A DNA stretch of 63,814 nt, the filler included, from Octopus bimaculoides (lineage: Eukaryota): the NCBI RefSeq assembly GCF_001194135.2. It is 5 parts of 5 records of this genome, joined end to end, with 100 filler letters (N's around TTAATTAATTAA, not from the genome) between each part and the next. Parts side by side here need not be neighbours in the genome. Positions count along the whole stretch, not along the records: positions 1 to 26,110 come from NC_068998.1; positions 26,211 to 36,178 come from NC_068986.1; positions 36,279 to 50,589 come from NC_069000.1; 2 more parts are not named here. One strand, 5' to 3'. Each line of letters opens with the position of its first letter. Within the stretch, counting starts at the first letter, position 1. Under the pieces are notes generated by a model. The model was not told the origin of the DNA. It saw nothing but the letters and a program-made list of their open reading frames with translations, and searched no databases. Made by a program: the position numbers and the translations under genes. This document shows positions 23,681 to 38,262 of this stretch, piece after piece.

Positions 23681-25539
23681 TCAGACAACCAAATGATATT
23701 AAAAGGATTTTTTTCTCTCCTTTAATTTTCGATGGATTAGCTGAATCATTAAATTATCGGATAAAATGATTAGCGGAATTTGTTCCACTCTGGACATTCT
23801 GATTTCAAAGCTAACTTTATATTTTATCTTTCGAAAGTGAGAAAGACAGTGTCAGTCAAAAGTACCATAGTTTATCTAGTCTACAAAAGCCTTAGACTCC
23901 AAATCTGTTGCTTTGTATCTGAGTTAGAATTCATAGCCAATATAAATAGAATGACCCGATTTCCTTCCGTGTTCTATATACACATGGCATAGTTTTATTA
24001 TTCATACAACACACTATATCACTAGAGGCATAGTTATATAAAATAACAATTTATTCGTCCCAAAATTTAATATAGTGTTTTGTAACTATATTTAGTTCCT
24101 CATTTATAGTCGTTCTACAGAATCGACACTTTGAAATTAAATTCCAGTCAATCAATGATTTTTAATGTTAATATATCGAATTTGACTAGGGGTAACTGGA
24201 AGGAAAATAAAACGAAGTATTGTTATGAATTTGATTTGCACAGTTTCTTTAGTAACCTATTCATATACGACTGTTTCTCTTACTAAATCTGTCTGGCAAG
24301 CAAGTTGTTAAATATTGAGAAAATATATAAATATATAAAGTAATGCACTTGAGATGTTTGCTTCCAGGTAAAAAGTAACATCTAATGGATGAAAAGTATT
24401 TTCCGAGCAATGTTTGTTTGTTTTATTACTTTTGCGGTAGTTGTTGTTTCTGCTGCTGGTTCTTGCTGCTGTTATTGATGTTGCTGTTGTTGTTACTGTT
24501 TTTGTTATTATTATCATTGTTGATGCTATTGCTATCATGTTTCAAAAATCTTACACTGGCTTCACCTTCAACACCAGGTGCACCTCAGCTCTGTTGAGTT
24601 GTCTGTAGTATTGTCTATTAGCAGTGTAAGTTTGTGTTTGTATGCTACAAACAGTTTGGCTATATCATTTCGTTTGATTGTGGTGGTTTGCATATGTGAA
24701 GGGAATTCGTAGTACGTATTGTTTGTGTTATGTAACATATGTGTGTGTGTGCGTGTGTTGGCAGTGGTTCGTGATTTTTAATTGATGGTGCTAGGTATAC
24801 TACGCATATATGAACGGCCTCAACTCAACCCTAATTGAGCAGACTTACAATCAAAGGCATACCACTTATGACTAACCAGTCTTTTCTATCTCAATATTTT
24901 CCTACATAATTCTTTTTTGGTTTTCATTTAATGTTGCCTTTATGAAAAGGGTTGGGTGTGATTTGAGGAAAATTCATGTCTTGATTCTAGTAAGTCATCG
25001 ATCACATAGAGGTTCCGTTGTTATATAGTGTAGGGTGTGTTAATCGTTGGAGTTGCGGTTGTACAGAATAAGTATTGCAAGAGATGTGCAAAAAGTGTAA
25101 TCTATGAGATGTCCTACTGAAACGAAAATGCATTGTATATATGGACTGCGCCCATTGAGCCTATTTTATAGATTTTATGTTGAAACCCAGGGTATCGTTT
25201 TCTGTTACTAATCATGTGCCTCATTAAACTGTCTTTTAACCACTTTTCGCATTGTTTTTAATTTCATGCACGTATTTTTCTTCTTTCTACTTCAAGATCC
25301 GTGTTGTTTGTATTTTAGCTTCTGCCAAGTAAATTATTTTTTCTAGAAATCGAGATGTCTTTTAGAGTGTAGAGGCTTTTGCGACTGGTTTTCATTATTA
25401 CATCTGGATCATTCAACTCTGTCTCTTAGTCGTTCTGGATAAACATATTCCAGATTATCCTGGCCAGATCATTGTCATATATATATGACAATGATCATAA
25501 TATCGACGCTAACATTTTTTTTTTATTTTTACTTCTAGC

Positions 25540-25712
25540 GTCGATATACTCGACTAAAACTTTTTCAAAGTGTTGCCCCAGCATGGCCGCAGTCTAATAA
25601 CTACAACAAGTAAAAAGGCAAAAAACATTCCGGGATCGATGCGTCCAACTAAAAATTCTTCAAGGTAGTGCCCCAGCATGACCTCAGTCTAATGACTGAA
25701 ACAAGTAAGAGG
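25540..25712 (+). mobile_element. Two tandem SINE family B 3' tails
   Basis: cgactaaaa...gccccagcatggccgcagtctaat...aacaagtaa occurs twice. Confidence 0.75.
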
Positions 25713-26110
25713 TGTAAAAAACGAAAAAATAATCGAAAAATATAACCATGGAGCTTTGTCCATGAGGCTTTTGTCCTAGGGGACTTTGTCCTACACTCAC
25801 AAATCATAAGCCTCATCGATTACTGTTTATGTATTCTTTGACTTAACTCTTATTAGCCATACAAACTGAAGCAAGCTTTATGATCTCTATAGACAAAATT
25901 CGCGATATATTAGCTGTGGCAAGTTTTGAACCTCTGGCTTTGTCATTTGGCATTTTAACGTCAATAACACTGCATCTGATATTCAATTTCTACATTGTCT
26001 TTCCCTCTTCTTTCTATCTCTCTCTTATACACACACACACGCATTATATAATACACATACATATGTATGTGTGTGTGCGTGTACGTATATATATATATAA
26101 GATCGGAAGA

Positions 26111-26210
26111 NNNNNNNNNNNNNNNNNNNNNNNNNNNNNNNNNNNNNNNNNNNNTTAATTAATTAANNNNNNNNNNNNNNNNNNNNNNNNNNNNNNNNNN
26201 NNNNNNNNNN
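26111..26210. other. Artificial scaffold-joining linker N44-TTAATTAATTAA-N44
   Basis: Exactly 100 nt with stops in all six frames; identical at four positions. Confidence 0.9.
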
Positions 26211-26285
26211 CTAAAAAATTATGGGATGGTCATTGTTGGACAGCCTTTGATCATGTCTGTCCAACAAGGGTTCACCCGGAGCTAC

Positions 26286-26316
<31 letters not shown>

Positions 26317-27004
26317 CCTATACGTCAACCATACAATATCCACTCAAAATCGCACCAAAGAATGATCAAACTCTCTTCTAATAAATCAACAACAACAACA
26401 TATACATAATTAAAGAAAAACAAACTAAAAACAAATAAAACGTTAACCGCTCCACTCCAACCCACACCACATCAATTATGTCTTCCTTGAGGGTCAGTGC
26501 TGGACACGGCCACAGATTGTCTCCTTAATCTCCCTAAAAAGAACTTAAAAAGTTATGTGTACATACATACATACATAAACATACATACATACATAAACAT
26601 ACATACATGCACATACATACATGCGTTTATGTATGTATACCCATATATACATACATACATACATACACACATTCACGTTACTCACGTACATGACATATAT
26701 ATCTGCAGATGTATGTATGCGTATGAAATTCTCTTGGCCTCAAGTTACACAGTTTATGCAACTTTACACACGAATCTACACTTGCACGGAGTAGAANNNN
26801 NNNNNNNNNNNNNNNNNNNNNNNNNNNNNNNNNNNNNNNNNNNNNNNNNNNNNNNNNNNNNNNNNNNNNNNNNNNNNNNNNNNNNNNNNNNNNNNNNNNN
26901 NNNNNNNNNNNNNNNNNNNNNNNNNNNNNNNNNNNNNNNNNNNNNNNNNNNNNNNNNNNNNNNNNNNNNNNNNNNNNNNNNNNNNNNNNTATATATATAT
27001 ATAG

Positions 27005-27040
<36 letters not shown>

Positions 27041-27424
27041 TAAGAGAGTGAGTGAGAGGGAGACAGAATGCGGGTGAACGGAAATAGAGAGAATTGTACG
27101 AAGGAGGTGAGTCAATGAGGGGATGAGAGCGCGATAGCTCTAAGCATATTCACACTTTACTCGGTAGAATTTCGAGTTAATTAGAAATACAGTACTGTTG
27201 ACAAATTAATTACTAATTGGCAACAAAGGGCCATTTCACACATACACACATACACACAAACACAAACACAAACACACACACAGAGACACAAACACAAACA
27301 CACACGCGCACAAACATACATACATCTACACATTATATGTGCGTATGTATATATGTCTACACACATACACATATAATACACACGTACATAATACACACAC
27401 ATATATATCTTATATATATATTTA

Positions 27425-27635
27425 TCTTTTATCCTTTACTTGTTTCAGTCATTAGACTGTGGCCATGCTGGGGCACCGCCTTGAAGAATTTTAATCGATT
27501 AAATCGATGCCAGTACTTTTTTGTTTGAGTCTGGTACTTATTCTATTGGTCTCGTTGCCGAACTGCTGAGTTACGGGGACGTGAATACACCAGCACCGGT
27601 TGTTAAGCTGTGGCGAGGGACAAACACAGACACAG
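27425..27635 (-). mobile_element. SINE family B, 3' half
   Basis: tacttgtttcagtcatt...ggccatgctggggcaccgcc...ggtacttattctatt...acaaacacaga. Confidence 0.85.
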
Positions 27636-28150
27636 ACAAGAATGGAGACAAGTTTTCATGTTTATTCAATTACACTCTTACGCGTATTTCATTAATGAAA
27701 ATATCTGCTGTGCAAAGTTTACCTACAATCAGATCACCTCAACAAATCATCAGAGAGTGTATAATGAACAAAAACAATAAACCATAGGCTACTTTATCGC
27801 TTTTCGACAGAAGCATCGCGTCTATGGAATACAACTTCCTTCGGATTATGTAGAAATGATACTTCTGACTAGAGTTTTACAGTTAAGAGTGTAATTGTCA
27901 ACGGAGATCATGATAAGCGACTTTCTGTATGTGTATACCGTTGTGTGTGAATATATGTGTTTAGTGGATGTGTATATGTTCTTAGTGTGCATTTGTATGT
28001 GTGGTAGTGTTTGTTCACGTGTAACGAGTATGTAATGTGTGTGTGAATATTGTATTATGCTCTGTGTGTTTGTTATGTGAGTTATGGTATGCATATGGGT
28101 GTGGTTAGTGTGTATACATTTGTATGGTTGTATGCAGCCAGAGAAAATCG

Positions 28151-28535
28151 GTGGAAACGCAATGGCCCAGTGGTTAGGGCTGCGAACTCGCGGTCGTAGG
28201 ATCGCGGTTTCAATTCCGAGACCGGGCATTGTGAGTGTTTATTTAGCGAAAACACCTAAAGTTCCAAGAGGCTCCGGCAGGTGATGGTGGCAAACCCTGT
28301 TGCACTCTTTCACCACAACTTTCTCTCACTCTTTCTTCCTGTTTATGTTGTACCTGTATTTCGAAGGGCCAGCCTTGTCATACTCTGTGTCACACTGAAT
28401 CTTCCCGAGAACTACATTAAGGGTACACGTGTCTGTGGAGTGCTCAGCCACTTGCACGTTAATTTCACGAGCAGGCTGTTCCGTTGATCGGATCAACAAG
28501 AACCCTCGTCGTCGTAACCGACGGAGTGCCAACAA
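28151..28535 (+). mobile_element. SINE family A with 12-bp TSD
   Basis: Matches 22721-23112. TSD cagagaaaatcg at 28139-28150 and 28536-28547. Confidence 0.92.
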
Positions 28536-28549
28536 CAGAGAAAATCGAG

Positions 28550-28900
28550 TCAATAATTTAACCATTGGCATTGAGTTGTTCGTGTTGGAAGCTGCATCGG
28601 AGGCGGGTGATGGAAGAAATTGCTGTGTAAATCAAGACCCAAAACAGGAAAGGTGCTTAGAGTTATGGTCAGCTGAGCATAAATGATGGGTGATGGACGA
28701 TCTAGTGTTGTTTAGTCAGATGTCTCTGAGATGTTCGGTAAATTTGTAATATCTGATTCGATTAGCCTACCTAAAACAATACACATAGTAGGCATTTAAT
28801 GCAGTAAACGATGATCTTGAAAGTGTAAGAGAAAGTGGTTGAGACATGGAACGAGAAGCTGTAAAGTCCAGTAAGATCGGTGATGTTCAGGAGGAATGCA
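28550..28900 (-). mobile_element. Penelope-like GIY-YIG relic
   Basis: Minus translation IIVYCIKCLLCVLF*VG*S / KFTEHLRDI*LNNTRSSITHHLCSADH. The 3' region probably continues past the SINE into about 27780-28140. Confidence 0.75.
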
Positions 28901-29139
28901 CAAGTATTGGAGAAGTAATTGGAACAAGTGAAAGGCTCGAGTTGGATGCATGGGTTAAATGGATAAGGAGCGGACCAGTAAGTTACATAGATTACAGGAA
29001 ACAGAATGTACCTACCTCCTACACAGCACATGGTTGTGAATACAGTGTCTTGACCACTGGCAGAGCGAAATGCAATGGACTGGTCACATACCACTTACTC
29101 CTTAAATATTGCTGAATACTACACCCTCTTGGTCACCTG

Positions 29140-29545
29140 CAGTTTTACTCTTTTACTTGTTTCAGTCATTTGATTGCGGCCATGCTGGAGCACCACCTTT
29201 TAGTCGAGCAAATCGACCCCAGGACTTATTCTTTGTAAGCCTAGTACTTATTCTATCGGTCTCTTTATGCCGAACCGCTAAGTTATGAGGACGTAAACAC
29301 ACCAACATCGGTTGTCAAGCGATAGTGGGGGGACAAACACAGACACACAAACACACATGCACACACACATATATATATACATATATACGACGGGCTTCTT
29401 TCAGTTTCCGTCTACCAAACCACTTACAAGGATTTGGTTGGCCCGAGGCTATAGTAGAAGACACTTGCCCAAGGTGACACGCAGTGGGACTGAACCCGGA
29501 ACCATGTGGTTGGTAAGCAAGCTACTTACCACACAGCCACTCAGG
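29140..29545 (-). mobile_element. SINE family B, full copy
   Basis: Head, microsatellite core and tail all present. Confidence 0.92.
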
Positions 29546-31159
29546 GTAATAATGATCTCTCATAATAGATCTTACTAAGGAAAATACCGAATGATTTTGA
29601 CCTTCACTGCGTTCGTAAATTAATTAAACTTATTAGTTTCATGCGACAGTCCTAAATGTCCTGTTTATTACACAACTTCACTGTGGAGAATAACAAAGGG
29701 ATCGACTGAACGGCTCGGTTTTTGGTCCATTTTACCTCCACCAGCAATAGACTATTCTATATTTTGCAGCCATTGCAAAATTGTTTTAAAAATATTGTCG
29801 TTGTGTTTGTAATTGGATAAGATAGACAGATTTGAATATTAGAGACATTAGAAGATCGAGCGACCGAGTCAACGCTCTTCTATCTTGATGTTATTGTTAT
29901 TGTTGTTGTTGTTATTTAACCCTAGGTTAGAACTAATCCAGTAGATGCATGCTCAAAGGTAGGTATTAAATGAACATGGCCATACCGTTCTTTTTGTGTA
30001 CCAGGAACTATTTTGGTCGATGTATCATTATCTAAAAGGATAAGATGTGATTTGAGGGAAATTTGGCTGCTATTTCTAACACAACGAGCTGCTGTGTAGA
30101 GGGCCCCTCGTCGGCTTGTTTAGACAACTTGTTAAACACGAAAGTAAAACACTCAGAAAATCAACGCCATCCACTTCATTCCGTTAAGTTGCTCATGGAA
30201 GAGGTGGNNNNNNNNNNNNNNNNNNNNNNNNNNNNNNNNNNNNNNNNNNNNNNNNNNNNNNNNNNNNNNNNNNNNNNNNNNNNNNNNNNNNNNNNNNNNN
30301 NNNNNNNNNNNNNNNNNNNNNNNNNNNNNNNNNNNNNNNNNNNNNNNNNNNNNNNNNNNNNNNNNNNNNNNNNNNNNNNNNNNNNNNNNNNNNNNNNNNN
30401 NNNNNNNNNNNNNNNNNNNNNNNNNNNNNNNNNNNNNNNNNNNNNNNNNNNNNNNNNNNNNNNNNNNNNNNNNNNNNNNNNNNNNNNNNNNNNNNNNNNN
30501 NNNNNNNNNNNNNNNNNNNNNNNNNNNNNNNNNNNNNNNNNNNNNNNNNNNNNNNNNNNNNNNNNNNNNNNNNNNNNNNNNNNNNNNNNNNNNNNNNNNN
30601 NNNNNNNNNNNNNNNNNNNNNNNNNNNNNNNNNNNNNNNNNNNNNNNNNNNNNNNNNNNNNNNNNNNNNNNNNNNNNNNNNNNNNNNNNNNNNNNNNNNN
30701 NNNNNNNNNNNNNNNNNNNNNNNNNNNNNNNNNNNNNNNNNNNNNNNNNNNNNNNNNNNNNNNNNNNNNNNNNNNNNNNNNNNNNNNNNNNNNNNNNNNN
30801 NNNNNNNNNNNNNNNNNNNNNNNNNNNNNNNNNNNNNNNNNNNNNNNNNNNNNNNNNNNNNNNNNNNNNNNNNNNNNNNNNNNNNNNNNNNNNNNNNNNN
30901 NNNNNNNNNNNNNNNNNNNNNNNNNNNNNNNNNNNNNNNNNNNNNNNNNNNNNNNNNNNNNNNNNNNNNNNNNNNNNNNNNNNNNNNNNNNNNNNNNNNN
31001 NNNNNNNNNNNNNNNNNNNNNNNNNNNNNNNNNNNNNNNNNNNNNNNNNNNNNNNNNNNNNNNNNNNNNNNNNNNNNNNNNNCCACAACCAACAACAACA
31101 ACAGCCAAGAATAAGTTGTTTTGATTTTATTACAAATTTATATTAGTTTCAAATTTATG

Positions 31160-31360
31160 CACAAGGCCAGCAGTTTTAGGGGAGGGGGGTCAGCTAATTA
31201 GATCGGTCCCAGTGCTTAACTGGTACTTATTTTATCGACGTCGAAAGAATGAAAGGCAAAGACGACCTCGGCGGAATTTGAACTCAGATCGTTAAGACGG
31301 ACGAAATGCCGCTAAGCATTTTGTCTGGCATGCTAACGATTCTGCCAGATCACCGCCTTA
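31160..31360 (-). mobile_element. SINE family C copy
   Basis: gcacaaggcc...ggtacttattttatcgac...gaaatgccgctaagcattt...gccagatcaccgcc. Confidence 0.85.
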
Positions 31361-33059
31361 TCACAAATTTATATTAGTAATTTCTTTTTATTTAATCGTC
31401 AGAAGTTACAAAGTAACTGAAGGGCCGGGAGTCTCGCGCATAGGTACTAACCAAGTACATACATACATACATACATACATACATACATACATACACACAT
31501 ACATATACTGCATGTACATGTATATGCATAAATATTCTTTTACATGTTGCAGTCATTTGACTGCGGCCATGCTGGAGCACCGCCTTTAGTCGAACAAATC
31601 GACCCCCAGGACTTATTCTTTGTAAGCCTANNNNNNNNNNATATATATATATATATATATATACATACATACACATATGTATATAAATATGTATATATAC
31701 ACACACATATATATATACACTCCTGCTTTAAGTTCTATTTTACTGTTTGCATCAGCAAACCTATTAGACATAATAATTGGCAATTTGTGACGGAAAAGAC
31801 AAACAGTTTCACAGGTGCGATTCGAAACATGTGTCAACCACTTACTGGTCGATCGTGCTATCGGTTATAGTGATTACACTATCAAATTTTGTAGACTGTA
31901 TGGTAGGCGTTCTGTAGCATAATTGATACAGCGCTAGTCTTGTAACAGATAGAAACGCGGTTCTTGTCTTGTTTGTGTCTTAAATTGGTGTGGGTGCTTA
32001 TAACGTATAATATCATGACAAAGAAGAGTTTTCGTAGCCTGACAGTACTAATATGAAGTTATTTTTAGATGAATATCTTATATAACAATGTTTAATAAAA
32101 CATACACAACGAAGTTTAAACTCAGCACACAGTTTATCAATACATGTAGTGCTCTCAATCACAATTCACTACCCCCCCGACAACCAAAAAATAACTAAAT
32201 AAGTAAAGCCAAAAAAGAAAAACAACAAGCCAGAAGAACTGACTCTAGATTGTATTAAAATATTGCCCTGTCTTTAAGAAGTGATTTAGTCTTTTTTTTT
32301 TCCTTGAGTGGATTTTTCAGTATAGCTGGATAAGTTAAGTACTTATATTATAAACGACACTGTTATAAACATGTTCAATTGTACAATCAGGAACACCCAT
32401 ACACACCACAATACATACGTACATACAAACTTTAAACATGCATATATATAAATATATATACATATAAATGTGTGCGTGCGCGTGCATGTGTGTATGTGTG
32501 TATGTGAGTGTGTGTGTGTGTGTGTGCGTGCGTGTGTGTGTGTGTGTGTGTGTGTTTTGTAATACGGTCAGTAATGCAAAATTGGTCTTTAGAAAAAAAG
32601 TTTCCAAACTAAAGATCTCTACTTCAGCCAACAATATTTCTGTCGTNNNNNNNNNNNNNNNNNNNNNNNNNNNNNNNNNNNNNNNNNNNNNNNNNNNNNN
32701 NNNNNNNNNNNNNNNNNNNNNNNNNNNNNNNNNNNNNNNNNNNNNNNNNNNNNNNNNNNNNNNNNNNNNNNNNNNNNNNNNNNNNNNNNNNNNNNNNNNN
32801 NNNNNNNNNNNNATATATATATATATATATATATAACCATACATGTTCACATAGTGTACGAAGTTTATATTTGCAAATAAATAAATAAATAAAAAAAAAA
32901 AAAATAAAACAAAATGAAATAAAAAAAAATAAAGAAATAAATATGAAAAAAAAAAAGAAAAAGACAGGACTTTACTAATTACTAATATTCAAAACGATTG
33001 AATCAAGGACATTCTGAAGAAATCTGGAGCGCACCCAATATTTTAACTACATCTGTTAT

Positions 33060-33801
33060 GTAGTTATAATACAATATGATAATAACGACAATACCGAAGA
33101 TAACGATGATGATGATGATGATTATGATGATGATGATGACAACAACAGCAACAACAACTATTACTACAGCAACAATAGCAACAACTGTAATATTGATAAT
33201 ATTGTTAATAAACTCCCTCTTGTGTACGATAATTGTGGTTTCGCGACAACTGAACTCGTCTTAACTATTGGTGTCCCTACAATTTGATAGATTCACCATT
33301 ACATATTGGCTATTACAACTCGTTATGGTACTATTAAACATATTACACTCTGACAGCTTATATAACTTTTATAAAACTTCCACCAATGATTTTGGCAGCA
33401 GTTTCATACTTTATCTTCCGATGTATCTCTCTTTTTCGCTAAAAATGACAAAAATTAAAAAAAAAGCACAAAAAAAAGAAAGAAAAAGAAATAATAGACA
33501 GCAGAGGAAAAAGGAAAAAGAAAACATATAAAGATATGAGAAAAATGGAGGATAAAATTTGGTGGGGAAAGAAATAAAATGAAATAAATATAAAATGCGA
33601 AATAAAAAAAAAAACCCTTTAAAAAAAGACAGATTTTTCAACTGGTTTCTTGCTGAAAAGGTAAAAAAATACAAAAAAGAATATAAAAAGTGTTAGAAAG
33701 GATGATGATTGTGACGACGATGAAGATGAGGATGGTATTCAGAAAAATGATGCTGATGGGGATGATATTCATAAAGAATGATGCTGCTGCTGCTGCTGAT
33801 G

Positions 33802-33864
<63 letters not shown>

Positions 33865-34400
33865 GTTACAACAACAACAACAACAACAATATCAACAACA
33901 ACTAACGTAATAGAAGATCGACCGAACAATTCAGTGAAATGGCTAAAATTCTGAAGTGTAAAAATATTGAAGCATGTGGAAAGGGTGGAGAGTGGGGTGG
34001 GCGGGAGAAAAACAGGGAAAGAAAGAAGACAAAATTAAAAAAAATAAAAATAAATATAATATTAAGAAAAAAAAACTCCCGAAATAACCATATCTTTCTT
34101 TTTCTTTCTGTCCTTCTTTCGCCTTTTTTTTTTTTCTTAAAAAATATTTTATAAAAATATGAATTTATTTATTTATTTATTTATTTATTTATTATTTTTT
34201 TTTCTTCGAAAAATTCGTCTTCTAAATTACTATTGAACTAAAATGGAACGTAAAGCATTCTCCAACTTATAAATGTGATGCATGGCTTTCTACTTGTAAA
34301 ACCATTGGCGACGATGGTAGAGCTGGTGTGGGCGGTGGCGATGCAAGGTGATGGAGGGGTGTGTGTGGTCGCGGCGAATAGGAATGTTGCAGTGAGCATT

Positions 34401-34458
<58 letters not shown>

Positions 34459-34503
34459 TTAACAACAGTAACTATATCATCAACGTCATTGATAATAATA
34501 ATG

Positions 34504-34568
<65 letters not shown>

Positions 34569-34729
34569 AATGATAATAATAATAATAATAATGATAATAA
34601 TGATAATGGTGATGATGATGGTGATAATAGCAATGATACAAAAAAATATGATATTCATGACGATCACGAGATTAGGAACGCGGTGAGGAGAATGGCAGCG
34701 ACAGTTATGATGATGACAATGATGATGAC

Positions 34730-34763
<34 letters not shown>

Positions 34764-34800
34764 TTGATGATGATGATGTTGATGATGATGATGATGATGT

Positions 34801-34848
<48 letters not shown>

Positions 34849-35082
34849 CAACGACGAAGGTATCGAGGATTACGATGATGATGTTATTGCGTTGCTGCTG
34901 TTGCTGCTGCTACTGCTGTTGCTGCTGCTGCTGTTGCTGCTGCAGTTGCTGAATTTAAAGATAACCATAACGATGACGATGATTATGACGACGACGGCGA
35001 CGACGATGATGATGATGCTGAATCATGTCGACGACGACGACGGCGACAACGTTGTTGATGATGATGATGATGATAGTGGTAC

Positions 35083-35125
<43 letters not shown>

Positions 35126-35133
35126 AGTGGTAC

Positions 35134-35169
<36 letters not shown>

Positions 35170-35703
35170 CGATGATGACGATGATGATAACGATGCAGAT
35201 AACAACGAAGATGTTGTAGTAGTTGTTGTTGTGTCGATGATGACGACGACGACGACGACGACGGTGATGATGATGATGATGACGATGATGGTTATGATAT
35301 TGAAGTAGATGACATATATTATGATGCATTAAAGTTGCAGCGACGTCTGTTTATAAAGTCAATTGTTGCCATGTTTCCTTTTTGGTAAATAGAAGATAAC
35401 GACTTGAAGAAAAGGGGGAAAGCAGCTGATATCTGGAGATATTTTGGCGACTGAAAATAAAAATGAGTCTATAACTAAGCTTTATTTATTTTTATATATA
35501 TATATGTATTTTTTTTAAAAGTATTTCTTCATCTTCATCCGCCCCATACTATACCAGTCACTATCACCACCAGCATCATCATTATCATCATAGTCGTCCC
35601 TAAGCCACCCACCATCACACACCGCATATCGCAATTCTTATTTTCATTTTCATTCTCATTCAACACCAATATTCATCCATAACATCGTTTAGATTAGTGC
35701 AAA

Positions 35704-35738
<35 letters not shown>

Positions 35739-35953
35739 AATGTAATAAAATTGATGAAACGTAAAAAAAAGAAAAGAAAAAGAAAAGAAAACAAGGTAAA
35801 AACAAAACAGATATGAATAAAAAAAATTTTTTTCTAACAAAAAATATAGATTTAAATTTCGAAAAAAACATGTGCGCGCACCAATTCTTCTTGTCTTCAT
35901 GCGCCTTCTACTTGCACATTTTCTGTGCTTTCTTAGAATTTTTCCTAATAATA

Positions 35954-35988
<35 letters not shown>

Positions 35989-36063
35989 AATAATAATAAT
36001 AATGATAATGATAATAATAACAACAAATACAGCAATAATAATAATAATAATAACAAATACAGC

Positions 36064-36124
<61 letters not shown>

Positions 36125-36129
36125 ACAGC

Positions 36130-36163
<34 letters not shown>

Positions 36164-36178
36164 ACAGCAATAATAATA
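33060..36178. repeat. Mosaic trinucleotide low-complexity tract ((AAT)n,(GAT)n,(AAC)n,(GCT)n,(GAC)n) with A-rich spacers
   Basis: Directly visible; no recognisable SINE in about 3 kb. Confidence 0.9.
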
Positions 36179-36278
36179 NNNNNNNNNNNNNNNNNNNNNN
36201 NNNNNNNNNNNNNNNNNNNNNNTTAATTAATTAANNNNNNNNNNNNNNNNNNNNNNNNNNNNNNNNNNNNNNNNNNNN
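36179..36278. other. Artificial scaffold-joining linker
   Basis: N44-TTAATTAATTAA-N44. Confidence 0.9.
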
Positions 36279-36571
36279 GTGTATCTGTGTGTGTGTGTGT
36301 GTGTGTGTATGTGTGTTTGCGTCTGTAAAGGCTTGCCTGTGTTTGTACGTGTGCAGACGTATGCATACGTTTAAATGTAACATATGCCAGCTCACTAATC
36401 GGATGATAGAAATACATACATGCATACATACACATACATACACACACAGACACATAGACACAGACACACAAAGACAGACACACACACACACACACATATA
36501 TAAATACACATACATATATATATGTCTATGTATATATCTATATATATACATATGTATATAAACATATCTGT

Positions 36572-36660
<89 letters not shown>

Positions 36661-36837
36661 CTGTATGTATATATATATATATATGTATATATGTATATAT
36701 ATATATATACGTGTATGTATAAATGTNNNNNNNNNNATATATATATGTATATATGTATATATATATATATACGTGTATGTATAAATGTATGTATATATAC
36801 ACACACAAATATATGTATGTATATAGATATGTGTGTT

Positions 36838-36881
<44 letters not shown>

Positions 36882-37496
36882 CATATATATATACATACAT
36901 AATTATATATAATATACATATATGTATGTGTGACGTGTGTGCGTGTGTGTGTGTGTGTGTGTGCGTATGTGTGTGTGCGTGTGTGTAGTACTATATTTAA
37001 ATCTATTTCTACGATGAATCATTGATTCCAATGCCCGTCATCTCCCAGCGTGCTACATTAATTTCAGCATCTTCTCTTCTTCTTTCTCGTCTTGTTTCAT
37101 AGATTTTTCCGGATCTTGGTTTTGTTTTTGTTTCTTGAAGGCATGGAGGGTTATAAGAATCGCAATATATCTTGGATCCCGGAAATATTGTCTTCATAAA
37201 GCTCTATTTATATTAGAATTTCGTAATACTGGAAATTGGCGACACAATTTATATATACACGATTGTAAATATTAAACGATATCCCATGAATCATATCTCA
37301 TAAAGCGTGGTTGCTAAACGTATCCATGAAGCGTATGACGCATATGTGGTAAAGAAGCTTACTTTGAAGTTACCTGGTTTCGGGTTCAGTCCCACTGCGC
37401 GGCAATTTGTGCAGATGTCTTCTACTATAACCTGATGCCAGACAATACCTTGTAATTTAGTACACCACACACACACACACAGATACACACACAGAT

Positions 37497-37550
<54 letters not shown>

Positions 37551-38099
37551 CGGAGTTCCACACTGTTTCCGTCTACCAACTACACTCACAGGCCATTGGT
37601 CGGACCGGGATTATAGAAAAAGACTCTCGCCCNNNNNNNNNNNNNNNNNNNNNNNNNNNNNNNNNNNNNNNNNNNNNNNNNNNNNNNNNNNNNNNNNNNN
37701 NNNNNNNNNNNNNNNNNNNNNNNNNNNNNNNNNNNNNNNNNNNNNNNNNNNNNNNNNNNNNNNNNNNNNNNNNNNNNNNNNNNNNNNNNNNNNNNNNNNN
37801 NNNNNNNNNNNNNNNNNNNNNNNNNNNNNNNNNNNNNNNNNNNNNNNNNNNNNNNNNNNNNNNNNNNNNNNNNNNNNNNNNNNNNNNNNNNNNNNNNNNN
37901 NNNNNNNNNNNNNNNNNNNNNNNNNNNNNNNNNNNNNNNNNNNNNNNNNNNNNNNNNNNNNNNNNNNNNNNNNNNNNNNNNNNNNNNNNNNNNNNNNNNN
38001 NNNNNNNNNNNNNNNNNNNNNNNNNNNNNNNNNNNNNNNNNNNNNNNNNNNNNNNNNNNNNNNNNNNNNNNNNNNNNNNNNNNNNNNNNNNNNNNNTAT

Positions 38100-38262
38100 A
38101 CATATATATGACGGTCTTCTTTCAGTTTCCGTCTGCCAAATCCGCTGACAAGGCTTTGGTCGGCCCGAGGCCATAGTAGAAGACACTTGCCCAAGGTGCC
38201 ACGCAGTGGGACTGAACCTGGAACCATGTGGTTGGTAAGCAAGCTACTTACCACACAGCCAT
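38100..38262 (-). mobile_element. SINE family B, 5' half
   Basis: cttctttcagtttccgtctgcc...ccaaggtgccacgcagtgggactgaacc...accacacagcc. Confidence 0.9.

Noticed and set aside
28846-29115. 89-aa plus-strand ORF
   Set aside because: Lies antisense in or next to a Penelope relic; not recognisable as a host protein.
34275-34952. 225-aa poly-N/M/C ORF and overlapping low-complexity ORFs
   Set aside because: Stop-poor trinucleotide repeats; no domain, and no frame continues credibly on either strand.
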